The translations under genes and the position numbers were made by a program. DNA of 64,000 nt from Naegleria gruberi (taxonomy: Eukaryota). Where the stretch lies: the NCBI GenBank assembly GCA_000004985.1, contig GG738893.1; one strand, given 5' to 3'. This document shows, in pieces, positions 41,983-54,868 of this stretch (position 1 is the stretch's first letter; every line of letters starts with the position of its first letter). The notes beneath the pieces were generated by a model. That model saw only the letters and a list, made by a program, of their open reading frames with translations. It was not told the origin of the DNA and made no database searches.

Positions 41983-42330
41983 ATATTTAATTTGAATTTC
42001 CTTAAATTGATGAAATAGTTTACAGTTTTTAGGTGGTATGGAAATAATTATTTAATTAGTTGATGATTATGAAAATAACTGTAATTACTTCGGTATGTTC
42101 TGTTAAAGAATGAACATTCTCGCGTTATTGAAACCAATCCAGTTCACGTAGGCGAATGATGACGATTCTTGACGAAACTCAAATAAAAGTTTGTATTATT
42201 AATATCAATAATAAAACAATAGAATTTTCAATCTTGCGTAACAAACAACCATTAGATCATCATAATTAAATTTTGTCACTTGTCTTAGCCAATAGGGAGC
42301 CTTTCGAATAATTAACCATCATAAAAAAAA

Positions 42331-43970
42331 ATGTTAACACGAAACAGAACAGACTCAAATTCTTCGGATCTTTCAACAGGAAGCTATGACAGCGGATCAG
42401 CAGGCAGTGGAAAGGAAAATCTCTTCAAACAAATGTATGCGTAAGTGTCTCCCAATATTACATATATATGTATTATTAATTTGTTGAAACAAAATCAAAA
42501 ACTTCGGAAAATCCTTACGATACATACAAATATCATCAAAATATTTATTATAATATGTGATGAATAATATATTAAAATAGTCAACGTGATTCCATTTCTT
42601 TAAAATCTGGCAAATTAGTAAAACAAGGTAAAACAGTGAAAAATTGGAAGGAACGTTTTTTCATGTTGAGAAGAGATGGACTCTACTATCATGAATTGAC
42701 TACAAAGGGACAAGCAGGAAAGCTGAAAGGTAAAATTTCATTTAAGGAAATCAAGGGAAATCCAACTTGTATTCAGAAAGTAACGGTTACTGTTAAAAAC
42801 AAACAGAGATCAGCAATTTCTATTGAACTTCCTGAACGTGTGTATTTTGTCTATTCTGAATCTGAAATTGAATTCAACGATTGGTACAAATCAATAATTC
42901 AGGTCTTGTCAATGAAGGATGAAGAACCAGCATCAAGATTGACTCCACGTACAGGAACACCAAATACTCCAACAAGTGGGACAATTACACAAGATATTTT
43001 CAATACAAAACCAGCAGCATCACCAAGTGGTGGAAGTGGAACTTTTGGAACACCTCCATTGAGAAGTTTTGATTTGAAGAAAGCTTCACCATCATCAGCT
43101 TCACCTCTTGATTATGGTTCATCACCAATGGATTTCAAACGTACTAATAGTAATTTATCGGATGTGACGACAAGTGATGATTCTGACACAAGCTCCTATC
43201 AAAAATCATTACATGGTGACTTGTTATCGGAATTTGATGAATTTGGTGCCGCAAGAAACAGTGATGCAGAGAGTGTTGATTTTGAACAGCAACCACAACA
43301 AAATGTTGGACCAATCTTGACTGAAGATGATGAGTACAATATTGCAATGAGTGCTGTTGAAATTTTCCTCAAGAAGGAAGAAGAACGAACACCACACGAG
43401 CAAGCATACATTATTGCTCTCAATGATTACAGAAGAAGGTTGGATGAACATGCAAGGAGAGCGAATGCTCGTCCAGAATATTCACTCGCTGTTGGAACTT
43501 GTATATTTTTAACACCAGAAAAGGATAGAACTATCTCAGAACAGGAATATGTTAAGGATGTATTGTCTGCTTTCTTTGAGGATCAAAAAGAATCTGATAA
43601 GAGTAGATTGCTACCTCTCAAGATTCAAATGGATATTGTAAAGGCAGCTAAATTACTCAAAGAAAAACCAGAAAATCAAAGAACAGAAGAAGAGAAGCAA
43701 TATATTTCAAGAGTTGAGGAAATACAGAGACAACTCAATAGATTCTCTCTCAAGAATGGTTTGAAAATCAATCACTCTCTTTCCACACTCCCTCTCCAAT
43801 TACTAACAACAGAGAAAACCAAAGAACCACCTCAACATCCACTCTATCACAATTGTGCCATTAGAGAAGCTGATCCACAAGCTGCAGATGATGAAAAACC
43901 AAATTTACTCTCCGTAGAAGAGAATGATTTCCTCCAGGTCTTTATCGATCAAAACAACCTTAATTTCTAA
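42331..43970 (+). CDS. PH-domain protein with a long disordered/acidic C-terminal region. Exons 42331..42440 and 42581..43970
   Basis: A 140-bp GTAAGT...AAATAG intron (42441..42580) joins MLTRNRTDSNSSDLSTGSYDSGSAGSGKENLFKQMYA|QRDSISLKSGKLVKQGKTVKNWKERFFMLRRDGLYYHEL...KISFKEIKG...VYFVYSESEIEFNDWYKSIIQVL. The PH signature is KNWKxRxFxL...W. Confidence 0.65.
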
Positions 43971-44497
43971 GTGAATGTTCCAAGAGAGATCTGTAATTTT
44001 ATAATAAAACAATTTGATTCAATTTCTACAACAGTAAATAGGATCATATGATAAATCTCACATTCTAATTGAGTCAAGCCACTCTATCACAACTCAACGT
44101 TGCGAATTGAGATACTCAATTTAATATTCTTCCTCAATGCTTTTTGATTCTTCACTGAGGAAAATTAAAATAGAACTGGGCGGTAAATGCCTTCGATTTG
44201 AGGTTCTATTTTCATTTTAAAAAAAATCTGTTGGAATATTCAGCATCCTCCCCATCAGAGAAATTTATTCAGCATTATCAGGTTGTGTTGGATTTATTAC
44301 CGACTGATATCAACAGCAAAAACAAGGTTTTGAATATAACGGATTGTGAATAATAGTATTTATTTTTGTACAGAGTCTCTCTAAGATAACTCTTTTGAAT
44401 TTGAATTGGTTGTACTTCCGAAAATTAATTGTGTGTGATGAAGAATCAATAATATAATTATTATTAATAGTACTAACAATTATTTAGAAAAAAACAA

Positions 44498-46344
44498 ATG
44501 GTAAAAAATTCATCACCTCCAACCAATGGAGAATATCAACCAACACGGATTGAATTATTTAAGCAAAATCATGATATTGCTTTTAATTTCTTGAAAAAGG
44601 GTATTGAACTTGATGAGAGCAAACAATTGGAAAAAGCCAGAGATTACTATCGTGAGGGTATGTAAAAAATTGTTGTAAAATTATTGTAACTGATGATTTT
44701 TTAGGCATTCAATCGATTCTACAAGCAGAAAGAGTTCCTCTCTCACAACAGGAAAGGTATCAAGCAAAAGCCATGTTGGATAAACTTTCAAAACACAAAA
44801 CCATGTTTTATGAGAGAGTGAAAGAAATTGATCAAATTCTTTTCAGTCAACAGCAAGCAAAACAAACTCAATTGGATAATCTCAGCAATAACAATGCAAG
44901 TGGAGGATTTTTCTCTGGGTTTATGAAAATGTTTTCACCACTCTCAACACCTCCTAACAGTTCATCCAACAATAATAGTAACACTCAACAAGCTATCTCA
45001 CAAGAAACAAGAAAATTGTGTAGTGTAAATAATAATAGACACGAGCCAATCTATAATCAATATACGACCAACAGCCAAGTGATTAGGAGCTTCCCAGCAG
45101 TTTCTTCAATTGGTCAATCTTCAACCAACATGTACAATAGTGTCAATATTTGTGATGGTATTTCTTCATCTGAGAAGAGAAGTCCAACACCACCAAGAAA
45201 TAGAAGTAATTCAAATGATAAGATTTTATTTGGCCACTATGATGCTCTTGGATCACTTCCACAAAACAACATGGGTCACTATCAACAACCACCTCAACAA
45301 TCATCTCAACAACAACAGCAACCTTTAGTTCCAAAACAAAATTCTGTAACTGCACTCAGAAATACTACCTCAGCAACATCATCAACAACAACAGCTAACA
45401 ATAAGAAACCTTCCCTTGATCAAATTCCAGAACTCAAAGGTGTTGATAGGAAACTTTTGGATCACATTTTGAATGAAGTGATTGAAACAAAAACAACTAA
45501 TTGGGATGACATTGCTGGACTTAAGGATGCCAAACAAACACTTCTTGAAACAGTAATCTTACCAAGTATAAGACCTGATCTTTTTAATGGACTGAGAGCT
45601 CCATGTAGAGGTATTTTACTTTTTGGACCACCTGGTACAGGTAAAACAATGATTGCAAGAGCATGTGCCTCTCAATGTAATGCTACTTTCTTTTCTATTA
45701 GTGCTGGGTCCTTAGTTTCGAAATATCATGGCGAAGGTGAAAAATTAGTGAGATGCTTATTTGCTGCTGCCAGATATTTGCAGCCGTCTGTGATATTTAT
45801 TGATGAAATTGATTCGATACTATCTGCACGTAGCTCTGAAGAACATGAGGCTAGTAGAAGAATGAAAACAGAGTTTATGATTCAAATGGATGGTGTTAGT
45901 AATATGAATGGGAAAGAAGATAGAGTTCTTGTAATGGGAGCTACAAACATTCCAACCGAATTGGATGAAGCTATTCTCAGAAGATTCACCAAGAGAATAT
46001 ATATACCTCTTCCTGATCATGCAGCAAGAGCATCACTCATTAAGCAACTTTCACATGGTCAAAATATGAGTTTGAGTGAAACCGATATCAACAAGATTTG
46101 TGTAGCCACTGAAGGATTTTCTGGAAGTGATCTGACAGCCCTGTGTAAAGAAACGTCAATGGTTCCTCTGAGAGAAATAAGTATGGATCAACTCATTTCT
46201 ATAGATGCACGAAAGATTAGACCAATCGTGCTCAAGGATTTCCAATCTTCTCTCGTGCATGTTAGACCTTCCACATCACAAGATACTATTAAGAAGTTAG
46301 AAAAGTGGAATGAAAGCTATGGAACTTTTGCAAAGGGTATTTAA
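44498..46344 (+). CDS. meiotic-clade AAA ATPase, spastin-like (MIT-like N-terminus plus AAA+ plus Vps4-C-like end). Exons 44498..44657 and 44705..46344
   Basis: [103 protein letters not shown]...RVLVMGATNIPTELDEAILRRFTKRIYIPLPD is almost collinear with human spastin ([102 protein letters not shown]...). The 47-bp intron 44658..44704 (GTATGT...TTTTAG) lies inside the MIT-like region. Confidence 0.85.
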
Positions 46345-46431
46345 TGAGTAAACATAAACCTTCATTTGACGATTTTACTTCTTTTCCCTTACTCATTTTC
46401 TGTTGTTTAGAAATTATTGGAAGTAGATCGT

Positions 46432-46850
46432 CTATCGAGTAAATTTATACTTTGGTATTTCACCACTTTCTTCTTTCAGTTTCTTTTCGTTTTCATAGGT
46501 TTTTTGTTCTTCAAGTATTTGATGGAAGTCGTGTGTTGGTGCAAATTGTTTGGCAAGACCCAATTGAGATCTATCGAATTTATCTCTTAATTTTTTGGTA
46601 TCAACTTTACCTCCTCTTTGTTCCTCTTTCTTCTTGTCCATCAGAATTAATCTTTCTTCTGCTTGATCGTCTGATAATTCAAATCGTTCTCCAGACATTG
46701 ATTCTACTATTTCTTTGTTATTTCTATAAAATTCTTCCAATTCTTTGCTTTCTTTACTATAGATATGATAATACGTTCCAATAAAACCAAAAATCACAGC
46801 AAATATTCCAATTCTTTTCCAAAAAGTGCTATAATTTTTAATAAATCCAT
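46432..46850 (-). CDS. small single-pass membrane protein, hypothetical (start codon unclear)
   Basis: ORF ...RIGIFAVIFGFIGTYYHIYSKESKELEEFYRNN...KKLRDKFDRSQLGLAKQFAPTHDF.... The nearest upstream ATG (about 46849) is in another frame, so a 1-bp error or non-ATG start is possible. Confidence 0.3.
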
Positions 46851-46869
46851 AAATTCAATTCATTACATA

Positions 46870-47292
46870 CTATAATTTATAGTCGTGCAAATGTCTCTCC
46901 TCAATATCTAAAATTCTCTTTGCCTTTACAAATTCACTCGCTGTGGAAATATCATACAATTGTGACATTTTCCTTGCATAGCAAGATGGAGTCGGAAAGT
47001 GTTCTCTCCAATTAATTTGCATATCCGAGATGATCCTATCCTTTTCTTCATCCGATAAATGTCTCAGAGAATTATTATGCGTAAAAACAGTAGGATTTTT
47101 CCTTTCTGCAGATACTTCTGATGAAAGGCTATTTAATTTTCTCGAACAATCGGAATAACACATGCCACTTTTATGACCACAACTATTTAATAACACCAAA
47201 TGAGAGCAATTTAAATTTCCAATATTGATATTATTTCGCAATCCAAAATATTGCAATTTTGCTCCAAATAAGTTCCTTCTCATTCTTTGCAT
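46870..47292 (-). CDS. small Cys-containing protein, hypothetical
   Basis: 140-aa ORF. It has a C-x7-C-x6-C-x3-C cluster (CSHLVLLNSCGHKSGMCYSDCSRKL). No family recognised. Confidence 0.3.
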   Translation of the reverse strand: MQRMRRNLFGAKLQYFGLRNNINIGNLNCSHLVLLNSCGHKSGMCYSDCSRKLNSLSSEVSAERKNPTVFTHNNSLRHLSDEEKDRIISDMQINWREHFPTPSCYARKMSQLYDISTASEFVKAKRILDIEERHLHDYKL

Positions 47293-47833
47293 TTTTTTTA
47301 ATGTTTTGGAAAATTAATTTAAATCCAACTCTCCTAACAATAATAACAAAGAAAGAGCCAACAAAGAATTCCCGATATTGTCTGGTGCTGGTATCTGAAT
47401 TTTACTTCATCACTGCCAATGTGGAATACTGTTTGTAAAGAAGATATTTTTTTCAATTATTGAATTAAATTCGATACTAAAAGCAAAACATTATGAGTGT
47501 TGTTACATTAGCAGATAATTGTCTCATATTGATAATTCCATTCAATAATCCAGATTAAACATGCTGAGACAAGGCCGATATTGAAATAGATTAAATTTGA
47601 TTTCGAAACACTAAAATGCACAAGAAATGTTTGAAATTGTTGTTCCTTCTTTTTGGAAAAAAGTTAGCAACTAAAAAAGAAATGACTACTATACTTTCAC
47701 CTCATTTTTCAAATTAAAATAAAGCTTACTGACCTAAATTAATCAAGGTGATCACGTTTTCTTTACTTCTTTGCGTAGAATAGTTGTAAACGAAACTCAA
47801 CAGACCAAAAAAAACTAAAAACACGCCCACAAG

Positions 47834-50800
47834 ATGAATTTACTTCATGCTTTCACCATCTTGTTGTTGGTTTTCACTCTCATACTCCAAATAACCAATG
47901 GACCTGTCGAATGCCAAACCATCAACACAATTGCTGGCTCGCTTCCATATGGCTATAATGGTGATAATCAAGTGGCAATAAAAGCAGAACTCTACCAACC
48001 AAAACAATTGGCTTATTACAATAACGAGGTTTATATTGCTGACAGTGCCAATCATATGATTAGAAAAATACTTTCGAATGGGACAATAGTTTCGATTGCT
48101 GGTTGGATGGGTTCACCTGGCTATAATGGTGATAATCAATTGGCTAACATGGCTAAACTCAATGCTCCAAATGGTTTGGCAATTTCTTCTGCCACAGGTC
48201 ACATCTATATCGCGGGTTAGTTGTTAATTTTTATTGGAATTTAACTTTTGCAAGATACTCAAAATTATCGAGTTAGAAAGATTGTAAATGGTGTCATTTC
48301 AACAATTTCTGGAACTGGAGTACAAGGCAGTTGTTCAGATGGAGTTCTAGCTATCAACTGTGCATTATACTCTCCATCCAATATTGCTATTCGAACTATT
48401 GAAGGAGTTGGTGATGAAATTTACATTGCCGATTCGAGTATCGTTAGGAAGATTGGAACAGATGGAAAAATCTATAGATATGCAGGTGGAGGCAATGAAA
48501 ATATTGAGTATGGCTCTGCAGTTTCAGCTCAACTTGCCTCTCCTCTCAGTGTTGGAATTTCACCCACTACAGGAGAGCTCTTCATTGGAATAGGAATCAA
48601 TTATATTATTAGAAAGGTCTTTCTGAATGGTACAATAGTTTCTGTAGCGGAGAAGGAAAGTTCTATTCAGGGTTTTGTTTCGGGTGTTACTGGAATATCA
48701 TTTTCAAATACTTCTCTCTATTACACAGAGTATCAGGCACGTGTTAAACAACTATTCCTCTCAAATGGAACATTTTCTGTTATTGGTGGAAACCTTAATG
48801 TTATGGTTACCAATTATCAAGATAACATTTTGGCAACAGATGCCACTCTATTAGGTCTGAAAGGAATTGCATTCTCTCCAGAAAAGAATGAAGTGTATAT
48901 CTCTGAATATGATTCATTCGCTACTAATGGAAGAGTGAGAAAGATTGGATCTGATGGATATATTGTAACAGTGGCAGGTAATTTGACAAGTTTGAATAGT
49001 GGATATAATGGTGATGATATTATGGCCACGGATGCAAAATTGTATAGACCTGAGGCTGTAATAGTTTCTAATAGTGGGGATGTCATAATTTCAGATACTG
49101 GTAATAGTAGAATTAGAAAGATTCTGTCTAGTGGTAAAATTGTGACCATTGTTGGACAAGGAAACTTTGGTAATACTGCAAATTATAATGGAGATGGTAT
49201 TCCTGCTATTGCTGCAAATATCAAATTTCCAAGTGCTATTTTACTTTCATCTAGCAATGAATTGTACATTGCCGATTTTGGTAATTATCGAGTTCGAAAG
49301 GTACTTGCTAACGGAACGATAACAACCATCGCAGGAACAGGTTCTAACATAGAATCTACTGCCTTAGATTTGGCCATTAATGTTGGAATTGGATCACCAA
49401 TAGGTTTAGCTATTTTTGGTGATGAGGTTTATTTCACCACAAATTCCAATAGAGTTAGAAAGATTTTGAGTAATGGAACTTTAATAGTCTATGCAGGTAC
49501 TGGAACAGTTGGCTATGATTCAAATAATGTATTGGCCGTTAATGCTAAACTAAATGCTCCAACATTCTTGGCTGTTTATCCTAATGGAGATTTGCTGATT
49601 TCAGATAGTTTCAATTATATGATTAGAAAAGTTCTGACAAATGGTACCATTATTCGAGTTGCAGGAACTGGAACATTTGGATACAATGGAGACAACATCT
49701 TGGCTATAAATGCCCAATTGGCTAATCCACAAGGAATTCATATACTTTCGAACGGTGATATTCTATTCTCAGATCAGTTCAATTATAGGGTGAGAAAAAT
49801 TCTGACCAATGGAACAATTTTAACAGTTGCTGGATCTGGAACTTTTGGATACAATGGAGAAAATTTACCAGCTTTAAGTACACAATTATATGCAGCTCAG
49901 GGCTTGGCAGTTTCACCTATCGATGGTTCGATTATTTTAGCTGACACGTCAAATCACAGAATTAGGAAAATATTAGATTTCTGTGATTCGAATAGAACTT
50001 GTAATAATAATGGTTTCTGTAACACAACCTCTAATCAATGCGTTTGTTATTCGGGATGGATTGGGTCAACATGTTCCTCCTTTTCATGTGATGCCTTAAA
50101 CAATTGTAATGGAAATGGAAAGTGTATTGGAAATAACACTTGCCAATGTGATTTGGGATGGAGAGGAAATTCTCAATGCAGTCAATATTCATGTGAAATT
50201 TACAATAATTGTTATGGAAATGGAATGTGTGTGAAAAACAATACATGTGAGTGTTATTCTGGATGGAGAGGATCATCTGCTAATTGTTCACAGTTTTCAT
50301 GTGATGGAGTGGCAAACTGCTCAGAACATGGTATTTGTATGGGAAATAATTCATGCTCATGTCACACTGGATGGAAAAATAACCAATGCTCAGAAATTTC
50401 ATGTGACATTCTCAATAATTGTTATGGAAATGGCATTTGTAAAACGAATAATACATGTGAATGCAATTCAGGATGGAAAGGTGCCTCAAATTGCTCTCTT
50501 TTCACATGTGAAGGTGTTGGAAATTGCAGTTCTCATGGAAAATGTATTGGAAATAACACTTGCCAATGTGATTTGGGATGGAAAGGAAATTCTCAATGCA
50601 GTCAATTTTCTTGTGAGATTTACAATAATTGCAATGGAAACGGATATTGTAAAAGTAGCAATAGTTGTGAATGTAATTCTGGATGGAAAGGTTCATTAGA
50701 TTGTTCCCAATTCTCATGCGAAGGCGTCAACAATTGTTCATCTCATGGTATTTGTTATGGAGCCAATACTTGTGTATGTGAAAAGGGATGGAAAGGAAAT

Positions 50801-52102
50801 TCTCAATGTTCTCGTCCATCATGTGAAGAATTGCAGAATTGTAATGGTAATGGAAACTGCACACTCAATGGCAACTGTTCCTGTAATAGTGGCTGGGAGG
50901 GAGCTGATTGTTCCACCATTTCAAAAGTGATAGCAGCCAATGAATCCAATAATAATACTGTGACCATTGTAGTGACAGTTGTGGCTGTAGTCGTTGTTTT
51001 ATTGATTATTGCTGCCATTGTGATAATAGTCATAGCAGTTATATTGTCAAGAAAGTATGTGAAGAAACCTAGCAATGAGTCGAAGCATGAAACAATTTTG
51101 AAGAATGATTTTGAGCTCATTGATGAAAATACGAATAGCAATACCATGACGTCGATGAAACCTGTTGAAACCATCCAATCGACGTCAATGAACGAAACCT
51201 CAATAGTTTCAGATTACCCATCTGATTCATTTCTTAGCTCAACAAAAGTTTCCTCCATTGTTTCGTCATCAGCAAAACCACTCACTCCAACTAACTCTTC
51301 AAGTCAATTCTCAATGCTTAAGGATCGTTATCAGATACAGGAAGTAATTGGGCAAGGATCTTTCGGCAAATGTTTTCTTTGTTTAGATTTGAAAAAACAA
51401 AATCAACCAGTTGCTATCAAAACCATAAGTATAGGAGAGAACAAACACTCAAAGATCATTGATGAATGCTCCAAGACTATTTCTTACAAACATCCAAGAT
51501 TGGTACAAGTTTATGAATTCTTCGAATCTGAACTTCTCAATTCAATTTGCATTGTAATGAAATTTTACAATGGAGATTTGGAAACACTATTGAAAAAGCA
51601 ACAAGGATTCCTACCTGAAAGTATGATCATCAAAATGATGAAACAATTAGGTGATGGTTTGGATTATCTTCACAATGAAAAGATGATTATTCACAGAGAT
51701 ATCAAACCAAAGAATATTTTCATTGAATCATTCGATATTGAAAGAGAGGAAATCAATGTAGTTATTGGAGATTATGGAGAAGCAAAGGATCTGGGAGAAA
51801 CCAGCAATACAGTTGCAGGAACAATTATCTACATGGCTCCAGAGGTCTTTTCCAGAAAATATGATTGTAGCGCTGATATATTTTCTCTGGGAGTGACACT
51901 TGTACAAAGTATGTCAGCAAGTGGATTCGATTTCTCAGTCACGGACAAACTCATGTACGAAGCAGAGGAGAGTGTACTGCAAAGAGTGAGTGAACATTTA
52001 CTTTCCAGAAACTATTCGATTCATTTGTGTGAGTTTGTAATTTCCATGTTATCAAGAGATCCTAAAAAGAGACCTACCTGTTTAGATATTAAGAATTATT
52101 GA
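47834..52102 (+). CDS. receptor-type protein kinase with a signal peptide, ~11 NHL repeats, ~12 tenascin-type EGF repeats, a TM helix, and a kinase domain. Exons 47834..48215 and 48255..52102
   Basis: Signal peptide MNLLHAFTILLLVFTLILQITNG. NHL blades end in ...N(H/Y)(M/R)(I/V)RK(I/V) (SANHMIRKI, TQNYRVRKI, GNSRIRKI, FNYRVRKI, SNHRIRKI ...). A 39-bp GTTAGT...CAAG intron (48216..48254) lies between blades 2 and 3. EGF repeats follow (CxCxSGWxGxxCSxFSC, 49980..50900). The TM helix is VTIVVTVVAVVVVLLIIAAIVIIVIAVIL. Kinase motifs: GQGSFGK, AIK, HRDIKPKNIF, DYG, YMAPE. Confidence 0.8.
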
Positions 52103-52239
52103 AACAATTTCAAACTTGTAGTATCAATTCTTTATTTGAATTTCAAATTTGTAATATCAATTTCAAATGTTTGTCAATGTTCAACCCAAATATTCCAAAA
52201 TGCACAAGAAATTAAATTTTTTTAATTCATTACAAAAAA

Positions 52240-53012
52240 ATGTCTCCAGAATCGAAGTCGGAATTGAACCTCGTTACCATCACAGAAAATAATAGTCAAG
52301 AAGCAACAAGTTCCTCTCTTGATCAAGCATCATCTTCATCACCAACTACGACGGTGGGTGGTTATAAATTTGAAGAAAAATTTGGTGATTTATTCTCATC
52401 AGAGGATTCGATTTGTCATTGTGTGAGTGAGTGTTTATCTATGAGCAAGGGAATTGCAACCTTTTTCAAGGATAAATATGGTAGAGTGGACGAATTGAAG
52501 AAACAGAGAGCCAAGACGGGTGGTCTTGCTGTTTTGCACATTCCAGAGGAAGGAAAATATATCTAGTAAGTTTTTGAATTTATTCTTTTTTTGTAAACAT
52601 TATTGAAATATTATTCATTCATAATATTAATTTTAATAATATGCTCAATAGCTATTTGGTCACTAAGGAAAAATACTACCTGAAACCAACTTATGAAACT
52701 CTGACCTCGAGTTTGCAAGCCATGAAGAAGCATGCCCAGGAACATTCTGTAAAGAGAATTTCACTCCCATTAATTGGGTGTGGTTTGGACAGATTGTCAT
52801 GGTCTAGAGTGAGACAAATTTTGGATAACACGTTTGGAGATATGGACATGACATTAACACTTTACAAAATTGAAAGCAATAACGACAACAATTCAACAAG
52901 CTCACGTGGTAGAAGTAACAACAGTAGCAATAACAGAAGAGGTAGAGGTGGTGGATCAAGTCAAAAACGTTCTGGAAATTACAACTCTGGAAACAATAAG
53001 AGAGTGAAATAA
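52240..53012 (+). CDS. OARD1-like: OARD1/TARG1-type macro-domain protein (O-acyl-ADP-ribose deacylase-like) with an RG/S/N-rich tail. Exons 52240..52565 and 52652..53012
   Basis: [129 protein letters not shown] is collinear with human OARD1 (YKFEE..GDLFS...[76 protein letters not shown]...[20 protein letters not shown]). The 86-bp intron is 52566..52651. Confidence 0.8.
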
Positions 53013-53179
53013 TTTGTGGACTGTTGAATTATGTAAATATAAATTGATTTCACAATTAGTGCTATCTGATTAATATATTAGAATTTATTAAAAACTCTAA
53101 CTTACGCAACTAATGGGATTGATTTGGTGCAGTAAATGTCAAAATCATTTGCTCTTTCGAAAATATTATTCTCTAAAAA

Positions 53180-53746
53180 ATGTCATTAAATCAAGTTGCT
53201 ATTTCTACCATCACGGACCAAATACGAAATATTTCTTCAACACTTTATCAAGATCTTTGTAATTTTCTTCCTACACTAAAGGAAACTAAACAATTAGATT
53301 CTAAAAATCTAACACTCTTGAATATTCTTCACATTTTTCCATATACAATTATTTCCTTGATTTTTCCTTTCATCATTAGATACTTCTTGGTTGGAAATTC
53401 AGGTATTGATAGCCTTGATTCTTTTTCTAATGGATTTATTCGAATGTCGGGAGCTTTTAGTTTCGGATTATTATTAATGTTATTTAATCATAGAAAATAT
53501 ATTGATTTTGCAGAAAATAATCAACAAGCATCGTCATCACCAACTTTCTCCGGAGAAAGGAAAAGCATCTTCCTCATGATGACTTTCTATTTTGCCTATT
53601 TATTAATTTCTTCAGTGATTAATTTACTTTTTAATTTTGGATTTTTCAAGTTGCTCTTTTCAATTCTCAAGATTTGTTGGTATTTTGTAATGATGTTCCA
53701 CAATGCTACTCAATCCTCAATACTCACCTCAAAGAAGGAAAATTAA
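53180..53746 (+). CDS. small polytopic membrane protein, hypothetical
   Basis: 188-aa ORF with 3-4 hydrophobic helices (IFPYTIISLIFPFIIRYFLVG, GAFSFGLLLMLF, IFLMMTFYFAYLLISSVINLLFNFGFFKLLFSI). No family recognised. Confidence 0.35.
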   Translation: MSLNQVAISTITDQIRNISSTLYQDLCNFLPTLKETKQLDSKNLTLLNILHIFPYTIISLIFPFIIRYFLVGNSGIDSLDSFSNGFIRMSGAFSFGLLLMLFNHRKYIDFAENNQQASSSPTFSGERKSIFLMMTFYFAYLLISSVINLLFNFGFFKLLFSILKICWYFVMMFHNATQSSILTSKKEN

Positions 53747-53966
53747 TAACAATAACAATAACCTATATACACGGCCGTGGCGGCAATTTTTGATGAATTA
53801 TTTTGTAAATTAAATAACCTTAATGTATAATAATAATAATTTTTATTAGTAAATTTATTAAACATTAACTTTGTAAAGTATTTAAATAATTATTATTAAA
53901 GCCTGATCGTGATGATGATGAACTTTGCTCTTTTAATAAATTTAATATTTAAATAATTTTAAAAAA

Positions 53967-54821
53967 ATGCAATCATCTTCCGATTCTCATCCCATCATTA
54001 AAATTATAAAAATCATTCATGGGAGTGAGATTAGACGTTTTTACTTTTCTCCGAGTAGAATCAATACATTGCAACAATTACATGAAAAGATTAGGGAAAT
54101 ATTTGGATTGGCTAGTGATTTTAGAATTATTTTGGTATTTGGAGCAAACAAGGTCATCTCTTCCGATGATTCTCTGTTGTATTTGATAGAGAGTGCTATG
54201 GCTGATCAAAGTGATTTGATATTTAAATTGGTGGATAAGGAACCTGTGGTGGAGAATGTTGCGCTCTCTGTTGAGGATTTCATATCAAAGGTTCAGACAA
54301 TGACCAAGCAGTTGAATATTAATGATAAGGGCATTCTCCTCAACAAGTGTCTGAATTATTTGGAAATTGAATTGAATAATGCAAAGGCAATTGTACCCAC
54401 TGCTGCAGTGGAGAATACAGGGAATACTCTTGTGGAGACTCCTACTGAAAAGACAAAATATGGACAGAAGTTGGCTAAATTTATGGGTGATGTCACAATA
54501 CCTGATCAAACTGTTATCAAGCCATCTACTAAATTTGTAAAAACATGGAAATTTAAGAATTGTGGAAATAGACCTCTTCCAAAGAATAGTAGGCTCATGT
54601 TCTTGAAAGGAAACAAGCGAGTGAATCATTTCAATAGTCCTCCTTTTGTGGAATTGGGAAATACAGAAAATCAAATCAACCCAGGTGATGAGTTTGTTGT
54701 TTCAATAGAATTACAGACCCCAGAAACCGAAGGTGTATTATCATCCTATTTCAGAATGGCAGATGAAAATAGTGAACCATTTGGGCAAAAGGTTTGGGTT
54801 TGTGTGAATGTTGTCAAATAA
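53967..54821 (+). CDS. NBR1-like short protein with a PB1 domain and an NBR1 FW (N_BRCA1_IG) domain
   Basis: PB1: IIKIIKIIHGSEIRRFYFSPSRINTLQQLHEKIREIFGLASDFRIILVFGANKVISSDDSL. FW domain: GDVTIPDQTVIKPSTKFVKTWKFKNCGNRPLPKNSRLMFLKGNKRVNHF...PGDEFVVSIELQTPETEGVLSSYFRMADENSEPFGQKVWVCVNV (compare NBR1 FVRHVTLPDGTQLPPGTKFIKTWRLRNSGTVAWP...RFVGGDQF...QGQWRM...G...FGDVIWV). No ZZ or UBA domain is visible in this ORF. Confidence 0.65.
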   Translation: MQSSSDSHPIIKIIKIIHGSEIRRFYFSPSRINTLQQLHEKIREIFGLASDFRIILVFGANKVISSDDSLLYLIESAMADQSDLIFKLVDKEPVVENVALSVEDFISKVQTMTKQLNINDKGILLNKCLNYLEIELNNAKAIVPTAAVENTGNTLVETPTEKTKYGQKLAKFMGDVTIPDQTVIKPSTKFVKTWKFKNCGNRPLPKNSRLMFLKGNKRVNHFNSPPFVELGNTENQINPGDEFVVSIELQTPETEGVLSSYFRMADENSEPFGQKVWVCVNVVK

Positions 54822-54868
54822 TCAAAAATTAGATTAAGATTACATGAAAATCAAAGATGTTTGGACCT

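Noticed and set aside
49980-50930. Regularly spaced ~96-nt repeats (possible CRISPR-like periodicity) and the internal ORFs 50247..50699, 50031..50276, 50502..50717, 50745..50930
   Set aside because: The periodicity is the in-frame EGF-repeat array of the receptor kinase gene. The other ORFs are off-frame or antisense artefacts. The context is eukaryotic, and there are no direct repeats with unique spacers.
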